Positions 39,563-49,098 of a DNA stretch of 64,000 nt are shown here, one piece after another (within the stretch, counting starts at the first letter, position 1; each line of letters opens with the position of its first letter). The stretch is from positions 1-64,000 of the forward strand of contig JBAXAI010000013.1 in assembly GCA_037142615.1 (NCBI GenBank), given 5' to 3'. The stretch comes from Spirochaetales bacterium (GTDB lineage: Bacteria; Spirochaetota; Spirochaetia; JABEVK01). The notes under the pieces are model-generated. The model was not told the origin of the DNA. It saw nothing but the letters and a program-made list of their open reading frames with translations, and did no database searches. The translations under genes and the position numbers were made by a program.

Positions 39563-40113
39563 TGCGCCACCACCTCGTCGGTACTCATAAACTTGCGGGC
39601 GGTAAATAACGGCTCGCTGCGGTATTGCTCATAGTGCAGGTGCGGACCTGTGTTGGTGGCCCCGTAGCCGGTCTGCCCCGGCAACAGCACCACGCCCAGC
39701 GGTTCACCGATCGAAAGTCCCGTACCGGGGGTGGCTGGTGAAAGGATGTGCAGGTAGCGCGACACCGAACCATCGGTGTTGAGCACGGTCAGGGTCATCG
39801 CCCCGGAACTGGAAGCCACCGAGCCATTCGACACCACAACGCCTTCTTTGACAACGTAGACCGGGATGGCTTTTTTGTACGAGGTGAAGTCGGTCCCCAT
39901 GTGCGTGGGGCCGGTTCGCGTGGTAATGCGGGCGATGGCTCCCGGCATGGGCTCGGCGGCGTGCGAGCCGGTCATGGGGCGCTCCTGAACCACCCTCCTC
40001 AAGGGCTGCGGGCTCTCGTCACGCCAGGTTGTGGCGCACGAAGTGCTGACCAGCGCCCAGCCGAGGAGAGCAAACTGCAAGGGGAGGGCTGGTGCCAACA
40101 GGAAAGCCTTCAT
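39550..40113 (-). CDS. M23 family metallopeptidase lipoprotein
   Basis: HMGTDF (HxxxD), YLH, TGPHLHYE (HxH); lipobox STSC. Confidence 0.85.
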   Translation of the reverse strand: MKAFLLAPALPLQFALLGWALVSTSCATTWRDESPQPLRRVVQERPMTGSHAAEPMPGAIARITTRTGPTHMGTDFTSYKKAIPVYVVKEGVVVSNGSVASSSGAMTLTVLNTDGSVSRYLHILSPATPGTGLSIGEPLGVVLLPGQTGYGATNTGPHLHYEQYRSEPLFTARKFMSTDEVVAQWTN

Positions 40114-40172
40114 GCGGCGATTATCGGCCCTCGACTTCCCGAAGTCTACCAGAATTGAGTATTCTGGCCGCC

Positions 40173-41243
40173 ATGAAGACCGCTGTCCTGTTGTCGGGGG
40201 GCGTCGACAGCTCGGTAGCGCTGCGCGAACTGCAGGCTCAGGGCGGGCACGACCTGACCGCGTACTACCTCAAGATCTGGCTCGAAGACGAGTTGGCCTA
40301 TATGGGCGACTGCCCGTGGGAGGAAGACCTCGCCTACGCCCGCGCCGTGTGCGACCAAGCCGGTGTCGAGCTCAAAGTCCTGCCGCTCCAGACCGAGTAC
40401 TACGAAAAAGTCGTGGAATACGCCTTGGCCGAACTCAAAGCCGGTCACACCCCCAGTCCCGATATCTTTTGCAACCAGCGGGTCAAGTTCGGCGCCTTTT
40501 ACGACAAAGTGGGCGAAAGCTTCGATCTGGTCGCCAGCGGGCATTACGGCGTGGTGAAGCACGAGGGCAGCGTCGCGAAACTCTTCCGCAGTCCCGACCC
40601 GGTGAAGGATCAAAGCTATTTTCTGAGTCACCTGAGCCAGTCGCAGGTGGCCAAGATCGCTTTTCCCATCGGTGGATATCCGAAGGCTCACGTGCGAACC
40701 TTGGCCCAGCGCTACAATTTGGCAAACAAAGACCGGAAGGACAGCCAAGGCATCTGCTTCTTGGGCAAGATCAAGTACAACGACTTTGTCAAACACTACC
40801 TGGGAGAAAGGACCGGCGCCATCATCGACCGCGAAACCGGCAAAAAGCTGGGGGAGCACAAGGGCTTCTGGTTCCACACCATCGGGCAGCGTTCCGGGCT
40901 TGGCCTGGGCAATGGCCCTTGGTACGTGGTGGGCAAAGACGTCGATACCAATGTGGTGCTCGTCAGCCACCACGAACACCGGGGCGACCAGAACCGGCAA
41001 GACTTCGTGGCCGGCAACCTGACCTGGATTCACCGCCCGCCGCAGGCCGACGAGGCGCTCACGTGCAAGTTGCGCCACGGGCCTGAGTTGCTGCCCTGCC
41101 GGATTCAGCCCACGCCGGACGCGAACCGCTTGGCCGTGCACCTCGAAGTCGGCGATCCCGGCATCGCCCCCGGCCAATTCAGCGTGTTTTACTCGGGCGA
41201 GGAATGCCTCGGTGCGGGCATGATCTTGAGCGTGTTGGACTAG
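40173..41243 (+). CDS. mnmA: tRNA-specific 2-thiouridylase MnmA
   Basis: LSGGVDSSV, TPSPDIFCN, SGHY, KDQSYFL, DSQGICF, TIGQR, APGQ. Start ATG 40173. Confidence 0.96.
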   Translation: MKTAVLLSGGVDSSVALRELQAQGGHDLTAYYLKIWLEDELAYMGDCPWEEDLAYARAVCDQAGVELKVLPLQTEYYEKVVEYALAELKAGHTPSPDIFCNQRVKFGAFYDKVGESFDLVASGHYGVVKHEGSVAKLFRSPDPVKDQSYFLSHLSQSQVAKIAFPIGGYPKAHVRTLAQRYNLANKDRKDSQGICFLGKIKYNDFVKHYLGERTGAIIDRETGKKLGEHKGFWFHTIGQRSGLGLGNGPWYVVGKDVDTNVVLVSHHEHRGDQNRQDFVAGNLTWIHRPPQADEALTCKLRHGPELLPCRIQPTPDANRLAVHLEVGDPGIAPGQFSVFYSGEECLGAGMILSVLD

Positions 41244-41252
41244 GAGAATCGC

Positions 41253-41486
41253 ATGGAAGTGATTTTGATCATTGCGGGTGCCACCACCCTCATCTCGTTT
41301 GGCGGCATGATTTTCGCGTACCTGACGCGTCAGCAGGAGTTGGCACCGAAGCAGGCTCCCGTGGGCGAACTGGCCCAGCGCGTCGCCGCCCTCGAGGCCA
41401 AGCTCGCTGAGCAGGACACCAAGTTGCTCCAGCTCGAAGAATCGGCCCGGTTCACGGCCAAACTGCTCGAAAAGGACCGGACATGA
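41253..41486 (+). CDS. Small membrane protein with coiled coil
   Basis: GGAG RBS, N-terminal hydrophobic helix, heptad-patterned C-terminus. Confidence 0.65.
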   Translation: MEVILIIAGATTLISFGGMIFAYLTRQQELAPKQAPVGELAQRVAALEAKLAEQDTKLLQLEESARFTAKLLEKDRT

Positions 41487-41549
41487 ATCGGAGGCTGCTG
41501 CGCAGCGGCGCCTGGCTCATTGTGCCGCCTACGGGCCCGACGAGTTCTG

Positions 41550-41920
41550 ATGTTCCTGCTCGATACTTGCGTGTTCTCAGAATTTGCCAGGAAAGCACCT
41601 GACCAGCAGGTCGTCCAGGGGGCGAGGACAATCCCGGAGGCGGACATTTTCCTTTCGAGTTTGGTTCTGGGGGAGCTGCTTCGCGGCATTGTTCGAATGC
41701 CTGAGGGTTGCGCAAGAGTGAGCTTCGCCATCACCAGCGACTGATCAGCATCGACGTCTCTGTCGTCCGCGCTTGGGCCTAGATGACGGCCTTCGCCGAG
41801 TCCCTCCTAGCCGCCAGCGCCGCAGCGCACGACCTGGTGCTGGTGACGAGGAACGTGGCGGACTTTGCCCATCTGGGAGTTGAGTGCCTGAATCCTTGGG
41901 TTTCCGGCACCAAGCTGTGA
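41550..41920 (+). pseudogene. VapC/PIN-domain toxin pseudogene
   Basis: MFLLDTCVFSE..K..P and LSSLVLGEL..G in one frame; after a frameshift, IDVSVVRAWA*(TAG)...LLAASAAAHDLVLVTRNVADF...LNPW. No intact antitoxin upstream. Confidence 0.85.
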
Positions 41921-41931
41921 TAAGGTAACCC

Positions 41932-42528
41932 ATGGACTTTCTTGCCACCTTTTTTATCTGCTTTATCCCGCTGTTTGTTGCGGTGGACCCCATCGGCGTG
42001 ATTCCCAACTTCATCGCGCTCACCAACGGACTCGAAAAGTCCAAATTGCGCCGCGTGCTGATGCAGTCGATGATCACGGCGTTTGCGGTGTCTGTGGTGT
42101 TCATGTTCGTGGGCCAGCAACTGCTGGGCTACTTGGGCATCACGGTGGCCGACTTCATGATCGCCGGCGGGGCCTTGCTGTTCGTGTTCAGCCTCAAGGA
42201 CCTGGTGAGCACCGGCCACGAAGAACGCGCCGCGCTCGACGACGGGGTAGGGGCCGTGCCCATCGGTGTGCCCCTCATCGCCGGCCCCGGCCTGCTGACG
42301 ACCACACTGGTGATGGTGAATCAATACGGCTATTTTGTTGTGGCGACGGCACTTGTTGCCAACATTGTGATCGCCGGACTTTGCCTCGCGTTCAGCCAAG
42401 CCATCAGCCGCTTTTTGGGCAAGACAGGCACAAAGACCGTAGGCAAGATCGCCAATCTGCTGCTGGCGGCCATCGCCGTGATGTTCATCCGCAAGGGGTT
42501 TGTCGAAATCTGGCAAACGATGAACTAG
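41932..42528 (+). CDS. MarC family membrane protein
   Basis: LFVAVDPIG, FMIAGG, VPIGVPLIAGPG; about six TM helices. Confidence 0.92.
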   Translation: MDFLATFFICFIPLFVAVDPIGVIPNFIALTNGLEKSKLRRVLMQSMITAFAVSVVFMFVGQQLLGYLGITVADFMIAGGALLFVFSLKDLVSTGHEERAALDDGVGAVPIGVPLIAGPGLLTTTLVMVNQYGYFVVATALVANIVIAGLCLAFSQAISRFLGKTGTKTVGKIANLLLAAIAVMFIRKGFVEIWQTMN

Positions 42529-42541
42529 GCTGCAGGTCAGG

Positions 42542-43351
42542 CTACTTCGCCTGGGCAGGCGCCTTGCGCTTCCCCAGCGGCCACAGCACCGCGGCAACCA
42601 GAACCAGCGCCAGCAGCAACTGCGGCACAGCAGCCTCAAAGGTCGCAGTCAGGCCGAACCAAGCTTGCTCGGGCAGGCCCTTCCACTCGGTGGCAGGCAA
42701 CCACCCGGTTTCCTGCATCGCGTGCAGGCTTTGACCAAAGATTTTGACCGCGAGAAAATAGATCAGCGCTGTCGCGATCGGGAAGAACCACTGGAGCGGT
42801 AACCGCCGCGAAAACCCGATCAGCACCACACCGATCACCGCCAGCACCGCAAGCGCGCCTCCCACGCCCAGCCAAAAGTCGGCCGGACTCAAACCCGCTG
42901 CCAAGCCCCAAAAAAAGACGACTGTTTCTCCGCCCTCGCGAAGCACAGAAAGAAAGGCTAGCAGCCCAAGGCCAAAGAAACTTCCTTTCGCCGCTATGCT
43001 CGACATTTGGTCTTTGACGTACTTGTTCCAGTCACGAATCTGGGCTTTGCCGTGCAGCCACACACCCACCGACAGCATCAAGACGACGGCGACCAAACCC
43101 GAAACCGCCTCGACGACGTGCACGGTGAACTCACTGCTCAGGGTTGCGACAAAAGTCGACACGACACCGGCGATGCCGATGGCGACGGCCAGCCCGAGGC
43201 CCGCTCCCGTCCACACCCAGGCTTTTCCACTTTTTTGTTCGGCTTTGTTCAAGAACGACACCAGCGCCGCGATCACCAGCAGGGCTTCGAGGCCCTCCCG
43301 AAACAGGAGAAAACCGACATCCCACGCCGAATACACCACCGCACCTTCCAT
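42542..43351 (-). CDS. FTR1/EfeU family iron permease
   Basis: Two RExxE motifs (REGLE, REGGE); about seven TM helices; GGAGG RBS. Confidence 0.92.
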   Translation of the reverse strand: MEGAVVYSAWDVGFLLFREGLEALLVIAALVSFLNKAEQKSGKAWVWTGAGLGLAVAIGIAGVVSTFVATLSSEFTVHVVEAVSGLVAVVLMLSVGVWLHGKAQIRDWNKYVKDQMSSIAAKGSFFGLGLLAFLSVLREGGETVVFFWGLAAGLSPADFWLGVGGALAVLAVIGVVLIGFSRRLPLQWFFPIATALIYFLAVKIFGQSLHAMQETGWLPATEWKGLPEQAWFGLTATFEAAVPQLLLALVLVAAVLWPLGKRKAPAQAK

Positions 43352-43406
43352 CCTTGACCTCCCGATCTTTATGCCCGTAAGTCTATGATAGAAAGAGTCA
43401 GGTATG

Positions 43407-44204
43407 TCAAGGGTTGTTTGGCATTAACACGGGCGGTCGTGAGTGCTTGCGGAAGAAAAGGAACTTGTCGACGGTCGAGATCAGCATGACCACGGCGGTG
43501 AAGATTTCCATGCTGGTTACCACCAGCGAGTTTTCCCAGCCAGGCAGGCGGAGGAAGACCAGAATCTCGGCCGCGAAGAGAACCATGAGCACAAACAGGC
43601 TGGCCTTTCCCAAGAACGTGGTTTCCACAACGCGCTTGTGATGGGTCGCCTGCAGCCAAGCCAGCCCTCCCACCTGAAATCCCAGCCGAAAGACGATGGT
43701 GGCCAGCAGCCAGAGCGGCAGCACGCCGGTGGCGCCGAGCACCAAGGCCAACGAAAAAACAATGAGGTAATCGGTCGAACTGTCGAGGACCTTGCCGAGT
43801 TGGGTACCCCAGCCGAAGGTTCGTGCCAAGAACCCGTCGGCCAGATCGGTGAGGAAGGCTGTGGCGATGTACACCACCAGCGGAACGGCGAGTTCGGTAA
43901 GCTCACGCGCCAACAGGAAAAGCGTCGCCATCACCGGCAGGCTCGTCAAACGGTAGAGCGTCAACAGGTTGGGAACGCCGATCCGGGCCAGTGGAGTGCC
44001 GTCGAGCCGCTTGTGGTCGCCCCGAATGCTCCAAAGCGCGAACAAAAGCACCAGGTGGTACGCAAGATGAGCCGGTACAAACACCTGAACCACCGAGACC
44101 GGCAACTGGTAGGCCCAAACGAACGCTCCAAAAATCAGGCCCTGCAGCAAACCCAGCAGGACCAGGACGGCCAAGAGGCGCTTTTCGAACGACGTCAAAA
44201 CCAT
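43407..44204 (-). CDS. CDP-alcohol phosphatidyltransferase family protein
   Basis: PNLLTLYR and TDLADGFLAR...TQLGKVLDSSTD; extra N-terminal TM helices. Confidence 0.88.
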   Translation of the reverse strand: MVLTSFEKRLLAVLVLLGLLQGLIFGAFVWAYQLPVSVVQVFVPAHLAYHLVLLFALWSIRGDHKRLDGTPLARIGVPNLLTLYRLTSLPVMATLFLLARELTELAVPLVVYIATAFLTDLADGFLARTFGWGTQLGKVLDSSTDYLIVFSLALVLGATGVLPLWLLATIVFRLGFQVGGLAWLQATHHKRVVETTFLGKASLFVLMVLFAAEILVFLRLPGWENSLVVTSMEIFTAVVMLISTVDKFLFFRKHSRPPVLMPNNP

Positions 44205-44232
44205 GGAAACACCTTAGTCGGACTGACCTGAG

Positions 44233-44261
44233 TTGACAAGGGGCCACCCGGGGGTTAGGCT
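44233..44261 (+). promoter_or_regulatory. sigma70-type promoter of pgsA (leaderless)
   Basis: TTGACA-N17-TAGGCT, then 6 nt, then ATG 44268. Confidence 0.75.
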
Positions 44262-44267
44262 TTTCCT

Positions 44268-44828
44268 ATGGGCTGGGCCAATCGCATCACGCTTTTCCGC
44301 ATCGCACTGGCTCCCGTCTTTGCTGCCCTGTTCAGCGCCCTCGGTGTCTTTCCCACGCAAAAAGTTACCTTGCTTGCTGCCCTTTGGCTGGTCTTTCTGA
44401 TTTCGGAGAGTTCCGACGTTGTGGATGGCTGGGTGGCGCGCAAGTTTGGCGAAACCAGCGACCTCGGCAAGCTTCTCGACCCTTTTTCCGACGTTCTCAG
44501 CCGCCTGACCTTGTTCCTTTGTTTTCTCCTGGTCGGCTGTGTACCGCTCTGGTTCTTTCTCGTGGTCCTCTACCGGGAGCTTTCCATGACGTTTTTAAGA
44601 ACCCTCCTGATGCAAAAGGGGGTTGTCCAGGCGGCCTCTTCTGGGGGCAAGACCAAAGCGGTGCTTTATTTCCTGGTGTCGCTGGTGGGGATGTTGGCGC
44701 TGGTTGACCCCGTTTGGGCGACCCAGCTTTGGTGGTTCTGGGGCTATCAGGTGTTGCTTGTTGCCGCCGCCGCTGTCTCGCTGTTCAGCTTTTGGCAATA
44801 TTTTCAGATCTACCGGAAGGCCACATGA
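44268..44828 (+). CDS. pgsA: CDP-diacylglycerol--glycerol-3-phosphate 3-phosphatidyltransferase
   Basis: ANRITLFRI, SDVVDGWVAR...SDLGKLLDPFSD, YRE, GKTK. Confidence 0.88.
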   Translation: MGWANRITLFRIALAPVFAALFSALGVFPTQKVTLLAALWLVFLISESSDVVDGWVARKFGETSDLGKLLDPFSDVLSRLTLFLCFLLVGCVPLWFFLVVLYRELSMTFLRTLLMQKGVVQAASSGGKTKAVLYFLVSLVGMLALVDPVWATQLWWFWGYQVLLVAAAAVSLFSFWQYFQIYRKAT

Positions 44829-45562
44829 CATTAACCCTCGACGCCATTGCTTCCCGGTTGGCCGGGCTCGAAGAGACCCTGATCTACAAACTGCTCGATC
44901 GTGCGCAGTTTGCCACCAACGCCGAAGCTTACGTCCCGGCCAAAAGTGGCTTTGCCCCTGTCGAAGCCAGCAGCCTGTTTGAACTGCGCCTCTACCATCA
45001 GGAAAAACTCGACGCCAAGTTCGGTCGCTACCTGATTCCCGAAGAGCGGCCGTTCTACCTGGGCCTTCCCAAGCCGCGGCGCTTGCCACCGCAGGGAAGG
45101 TGGCCTTTTCCGTTGCAGGATCTCGAGACCGTCAACGTGACCGGCGCTATCCGCGAGGGTTACCTGGGGTTGCTGGGTCAGCTTTGCGGCACCGGCGACG
45201 ACGGTCAGTGGGGCTCGGCCGTCGAGCACGATGTGATCTGTTTGCAGGCCTTGGCGCGGCGCATCCATTTCGGCGCCTTGTTCGTGGGTGAAAGCAAGTT
45301 CAACGAGGACCCCGACAAGTTCCGGCGCTTGGTCGATACCGGCGACGACGACGGGCTGATGGCCGCTATCACCCGGGCCGAGGTCGAGGAAAGGGTGCTC
45401 GCCCGCGTTCGGGCCAAGGTGGTCGCCGTGCAATCGGTGTCGGACCCCGGTCTGAGGCGCCTGGTGGAGCCTGAGTTGCTCGTTGGTTGCTTCCGCGATG
45501 TGATTATTCCGCTGACAAAGGAGGGCGAAATCCGCTTCCTTCATCAGCGGGTGCTGCTGTAG
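44825..45562 (+). CDS. Chorismate mutase, eukaryotic (plant/yeast Aro7)-type
   Basis: LTLDAIASRLAGLEETLIYKLLDRAQF, GRYLIPEERPF, GSAVEHDVICLQALARRIHFGALFVGESKF, IIPLTKEGE match the Aro7 pattern. ATGA overlap with pgsA. Confidence 0.88.
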   Translation: MTLTLDAIASRLAGLEETLIYKLLDRAQFATNAEAYVPAKSGFAPVEASSLFELRLYHQEKLDAKFGRYLIPEERPFYLGLPKPRRLPPQGRWPFPLQDLETVNVTGAIREGYLGLLGQLCGTGDDGQWGSAVEHDVICLQALARRIHFGALFVGESKFNEDPDKFRRLVDTGDDDGLMAAITRAEVEERVLARVRAKVVAVQSVSDPGLRRLVEPELLVGCFRDVIIPLTKEGEIRFLHQRVLL

Positions 45563-45567
45563 CCGCG

Positions 45568-46149
45568 TTAGTCCTTGAAGGCTCCCCACGAAAATCTGAG
45601 CCCGTATTCGGGATACCATTTCGATACAAAACCGTCCCCGGTTCCCACCGTGGCCATGGCCACCAGGCTGCCTACGGCGCCGACTTTGAACCAAGGAAAC
45701 AACAAGATTCCCAATTCGGCATCGACAGCTCCCAGCACCGAGAATCCGGCGTTGTGAACCGGGCGGGAGGAGCCGGGTGCCGTCGTCACCCAGTCGAGGC
45801 CGCCGGCGCCGAGCCGGAAGTCGCCCATGAACTGGATCAACCGGAAGTCAACCAAGAGTCCGCGCATCACGCCGCCGAAGCCTCCATAGAGTGCCGTCAC
45901 CGGATCGGTGAGCCCCGAGGCGGTGGCCGTCAACCGGGTCGAGAACAGGCCCACGCCGAAGCCGCCGATCAGGCCGTTTTCCGCGTCGCCTCCGTAACCC
46001 TGGCTGGTAATGGTGTTCAACACCCCCACGGGAACCTCAAGGTACGAATTGGGCAGGGGATTCGAATACTGGACCGAGCCGGCGCCTCCGGCAAAAACCG
46101 GAAAAGAAACCACAGACGCGAGGATGAGTAGGGCAACAGCTCGAAACAT
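45568..46149 (-). CDS. Hypothetical exported protein, possible small beta-barrel
   Basis: Signal peptide, Gly/aromatic-rich alternating strands, C-terminal YGLRFSWGAF; AGGAG RBS. Confidence 0.65.
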   Translation of the reverse strand: MFRAVALLILASVVSFPVFAGGAGSVQYSNPLPNSYLEVPVGVLNTITSQGYGGDAENGLIGGFGVGLFSTRLTATASGLTDPVTALYGGFGGVMRGLLVDFRLIQFMGDFRLGAGGLDWVTTAPGSSRPVHNAGFSVLGAVDAELGILLFPWFKVGAVGSLVAMATVGTGDGFVSKWYPEYGLRFSWGAFKD

Positions 46150-46229
46150 AGGAACTCCTTATGCGAACCAACATAGTCCAATCCTCTCAACCTTTCCAGA
46201 CAGGCACCGACAATCAAAGGGGAGAAGCC

Positions 46230-46847
46230 ATGCAGCTACGCTACAACGCCCCGGTGACCTTCAGTTTTGCCCTCATCTGTGTGCTCGTCATGCTTCTCGA
46301 CCAGTACGTGTTCCCCGGCTTTGTCGGCGCCTACCTCAGCGCGCCGGGGGCCGACTTCAACCCCACGTCGCCCGCCCACTACTTCGCCATTCTTCTGTAC
46401 GTCTTCGGCCACGAAAGCTGGACCCACTTGGGCAACAACTTCCTGTTCCTTTTGTTGCTTGGTCCGATCCTGGAAGAAAAATACGCCCCCAAGCCGTTCC
46501 TGATGATGCTGCTCACCACGACCATCGTGACGGGCATTTTCAACATTCTGCTCAAACAGCCACCGCTGGTGGGCGCGAGCAGCCTGGTGTTCATGATGAT
46601 CATGCTGGTGAGTTTCGCGCGGACCAAGGCCGGCGACGTGCCGGTCAGCTTCATCCTGATCTTTGTGCTGTTCCTGCTGGCGGAACTCACGCGGGGCGCC
46701 CAAAACAGCAACCCCGCCGTGTCGAACCTCGCCCACATCATCGGGGGCGTGTGCGGCACCATCTTCGGCTTTTTGAAGATGGCTGCCGGAGCCCAGGAAG
46801 CAGCGCCGGCGGGACCGCCCCCCGGCTCACCGCCTCCCCGAAGCTGA
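46230..46847 (+). CDS. Rhomboid family intramembrane serine protease
   Basis: H.SWTHLGNN, catalytic GASS, AHIIGG. ATG 46230 with GGAG RBS. Confidence 0.9.
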   Translation: MQLRYNAPVTFSFALICVLVMLLDQYVFPGFVGAYLSAPGADFNPTSPAHYFAILLYVFGHESWTHLGNNFLFLLLLGPILEEKYAPKPFLMMLLTTTIVTGIFNILLKQPPLVGASSLVFMMIMLVSFARTKAGDVPVSFILIFVLFLLAELTRGAQNSNPAVSNLAHIIGGVCGTIFGFLKMAAGAQEAAPAGPPPGSPPPRS

Positions 46848-46858
46848 AGCGCCCCAAA

Positions 46859-49021
46859 CTACGGCTTCAGCGTTCTCCACACGATTCCTGCACCCGCGCC
46901 AGCATCGTCGTACATCCGCACGAACTTGGCCGAATCGGGGGCCGACGGGCTGTTTGACACGATCCAGAACTTGACGGGCGCAGGCCCGGCAGCCGGCGCC
47001 AAGCCCACCTCAACCACGCCGTAGTTCATTTCGGCGACAGACTTGAGCGACTGCGCCGTATGGTTGCCAATGTTCGTTTTGCCTGCCAGCAGCGAGAAGA
47101 TGCTGTACGAGCTCTGCGCCGTGTCGTCCTGGTTGCCGATGCCCGACGAGACGAACTCTTCAATGCGCGCCCCGTTTGGACCGGTGACGCGGTTGAGCAT
47201 GCCCACGTGCACGTCGCCACCGAGGGCGAACATGCGGCCTCCGGTGGAAGCTTCCCACGCCGCCGTCTGGTCGAGCAGGTTGGCCACCTCGGGGCGGGAA
47301 CCCTGCCACTTCAGTTTGTCGCGGAAGTCGTCACCCAGCCCCAGCGAACGCGGGCCCGAGCGCTCGTAGCTCAGCCAGTCGACAACCCAGCCAGCAGTAT
47401 CGCCCAGCGGCACTTCGAGCCCCAGAAAAGCCGTGGGAGCCTTGCCCAGGCTTTGGTACCACGCGTCGATGGCCTTGGCCTGCGCCGCGCCCAGAATCGG
47501 GTGCTGGTCGGGAGCCTTGCCCACATCGCGCTGACCACGGAGGTCGGGCACAAAGAAGGCCGTTTTGCCGAAGCGGAAGTCGAACCAGCCCAAGCCTTGG
47601 CCGGCAGGCAACTCCACCCGCGGGGCGCTGAACGCCTGGAACTCGCGGTTAACCGACTCGGCCACCTTGCCCACCCACTCCACCGGCGGGTCCGTGCGGT
47701 CCTCGGCCACCGAGCCCCAGCCGTCGCGGATCTCGTGGTCGTCCCACATCATGAGGCTGGGAACCGAGGCGAGCACCTTTCGCATCGAAGGGTGGTTCCA
47801 GAAGCGCACGTAGTTGTCGCGGTAGAGCTGGCGCGCCTTGGCTTCTTGCACCTTCAAGGCAGCCGGGTCGTCCTTGATCTGGACCCATTGCTCTGGCGAG
47901 GGCAGGGCGCCGAAGAACTGCTTGTCGTTGTACAGCTGGTCGCCCAGCAGCAGCAGGAAGTCAACGTGCTCGCTCTGGCTTTGGCGGGCCAGCGTTTCCC
48001 ACAGCACGAAGCGTTCCTTGAGCACGACGCCGCCGTAATAGTCGTTCGGGTCTTCCGAAAGCGGCTTGTGGCAACTGGCGAAAGCAAACCGCAGCGCCGT
48101 GTCGGTGCCGTCGGCCGGGAAGGTCGTGAACGAGCACCAGGGCAACAGCGCCGTGGCGACCAGGCTCTTGCCGCCCGCATCGACGATGTCGTAGGTGTAT
48201 TTGGTAGCTGGAGTTAAGCCAGTGATCAGGGTGGAACCGGTGCCATCGGCGGCAGCCGTCATCGTCAGCGGCACGCGGGCGGCCTCCTTGCCATCGGGGC
48301 CCTTGACCACCACGGTGCCTTGGGTGTCGGCGGCGGCCAACGCCCAAACCGCCATATGATCGGAACCCGGGTTGCCCAGGACCGGACCGAGCACCAGCGA
48401 GCCGTCGAGCGTGGCATCCTGCCAGGCTGCGTCAGCCTTGGCCACCGGAGTGCCTTCCACGCCGGCAAAGTTGCCGTCGGCCGGGGTCAGGTTGGGGCTG
48501 AGAAACTGGTCATAAACAAACAGGGCCCCCAAGGCCAGCCCGACCACCAGGCCTGCCCACGACGCGACCAGCACGAAGGCTTCGACCAGCGAGGCGAAAC
48601 CCAACACCATCAGCAGAATCTGGTACTCGGTGCTGTAGGTGGTGGCCTTGGACCACAGGGGTTCCAGCGTGACCAGCAGGGGGAGCACGACGAGCGCGGT
48701 GCGGAAGACCATGGCCGTAGGGCGGGAATGCCGGCCCACCGTGTCGGACTTGCGCCGGGCGACCCAGAGGTCGGCCGCTTCCTGCAGGGCCAGGAAAACG
48801 AAAAACACCCAGCCGAAGCCGTGGAACAGCAAGAGGCCCAGAGCCAGGGACCAAGGGGCCAACCGGGAAGCCAGCCGAGCGGTGGGGCCTTCGGGCAACA
48901 CCCATTCGGCCAGAATCCATAAGATCAGCCACACGGCCGATGCGATCAGGTTTACCAGTCCAACTTCCCAGACCAAGCCGGCCGCGGCCACAACCAGCAG
49001 CCAGCGCAGAATATCCACCAT
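46859..49021 (-). CDS. phoD: PhoD-family alkaline phosphatase/phosphodiesterase with N-terminal membrane domain
   Basis: FAFASCH, LLGDQLYND, MWDDHEI, DLR, GGDVH, SSG; about 170-aa hydrophobic N-terminus. Confidence 0.85.
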   Translation of the reverse strand: MVDILRWLLVVAAAGLVWEVGLVNLIASAVWLILWILAEWVLPEGPTARLASRLAPWSLALGLLLFHGFGWVFFVFLALQEAADLWVARRKSDTVGRHSRPTAMVFRTALVVLPLLVTLEPLWSKATTYSTEYQILLMVLGFASLVEAFVLVASWAGLVVGLALGALFVYDQFLSPNLTPADGNFAGVEGTPVAKADAAWQDATLDGSLVLGPVLGNPGSDHMAVWALAAADTQGTVVVKGPDGKEAARVPLTMTAAADGTGSTLITGLTPATKYTYDIVDAGGKSLVATALLPWCSFTTFPADGTDTALRFAFASCHKPLSEDPNDYYGGVVLKERFVLWETLARQSQSEHVDFLLLLGDQLYNDKQFFGALPSPEQWVQIKDDPAALKVQEAKARQLYRDNYVRFWNHPSMRKVLASVPSLMMWDDHEIRDGWGSVAEDRTDPPVEWVGKVAESVNREFQAFSAPRVELPAGQGLGWFDFRFGKTAFFVPDLRGQRDVGKAPDQHPILGAAQAKAIDAWYQSLGKAPTAFLGLEVPLGDTAGWVVDWLSYERSGPRSLGLGDDFRDKLKWQGSRPEVANLLDQTAAWEASTGGRMFALGGDVHVGMLNRVTGPNGARIEEFVSSGIGNQDDTAQSSYSIFSLLAGKTNIGNHTAQSLKSVAEMNYGVVEVGLAPAAGPAPVKFWIVSNSPSAPDSAKFVRMYDDAGAGAGIVWRTLKP

Positions 49022-49098
49022 ACAACCTCCCGGGACCCTTGGTCCGTCCTTGTATTCTGGACGCGAGGCGGGAATTCGGCAAGCTGAACCGGAGTTTC

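Noticed and set aside
41253-41920. Functional VapBC toxin-antitoxin pair
   Set aside because: The PIN gene is frameshifted with an internal stop, and the upstream ORF is a membrane/coiled-coil protein, not a DNA-binding antitoxin.
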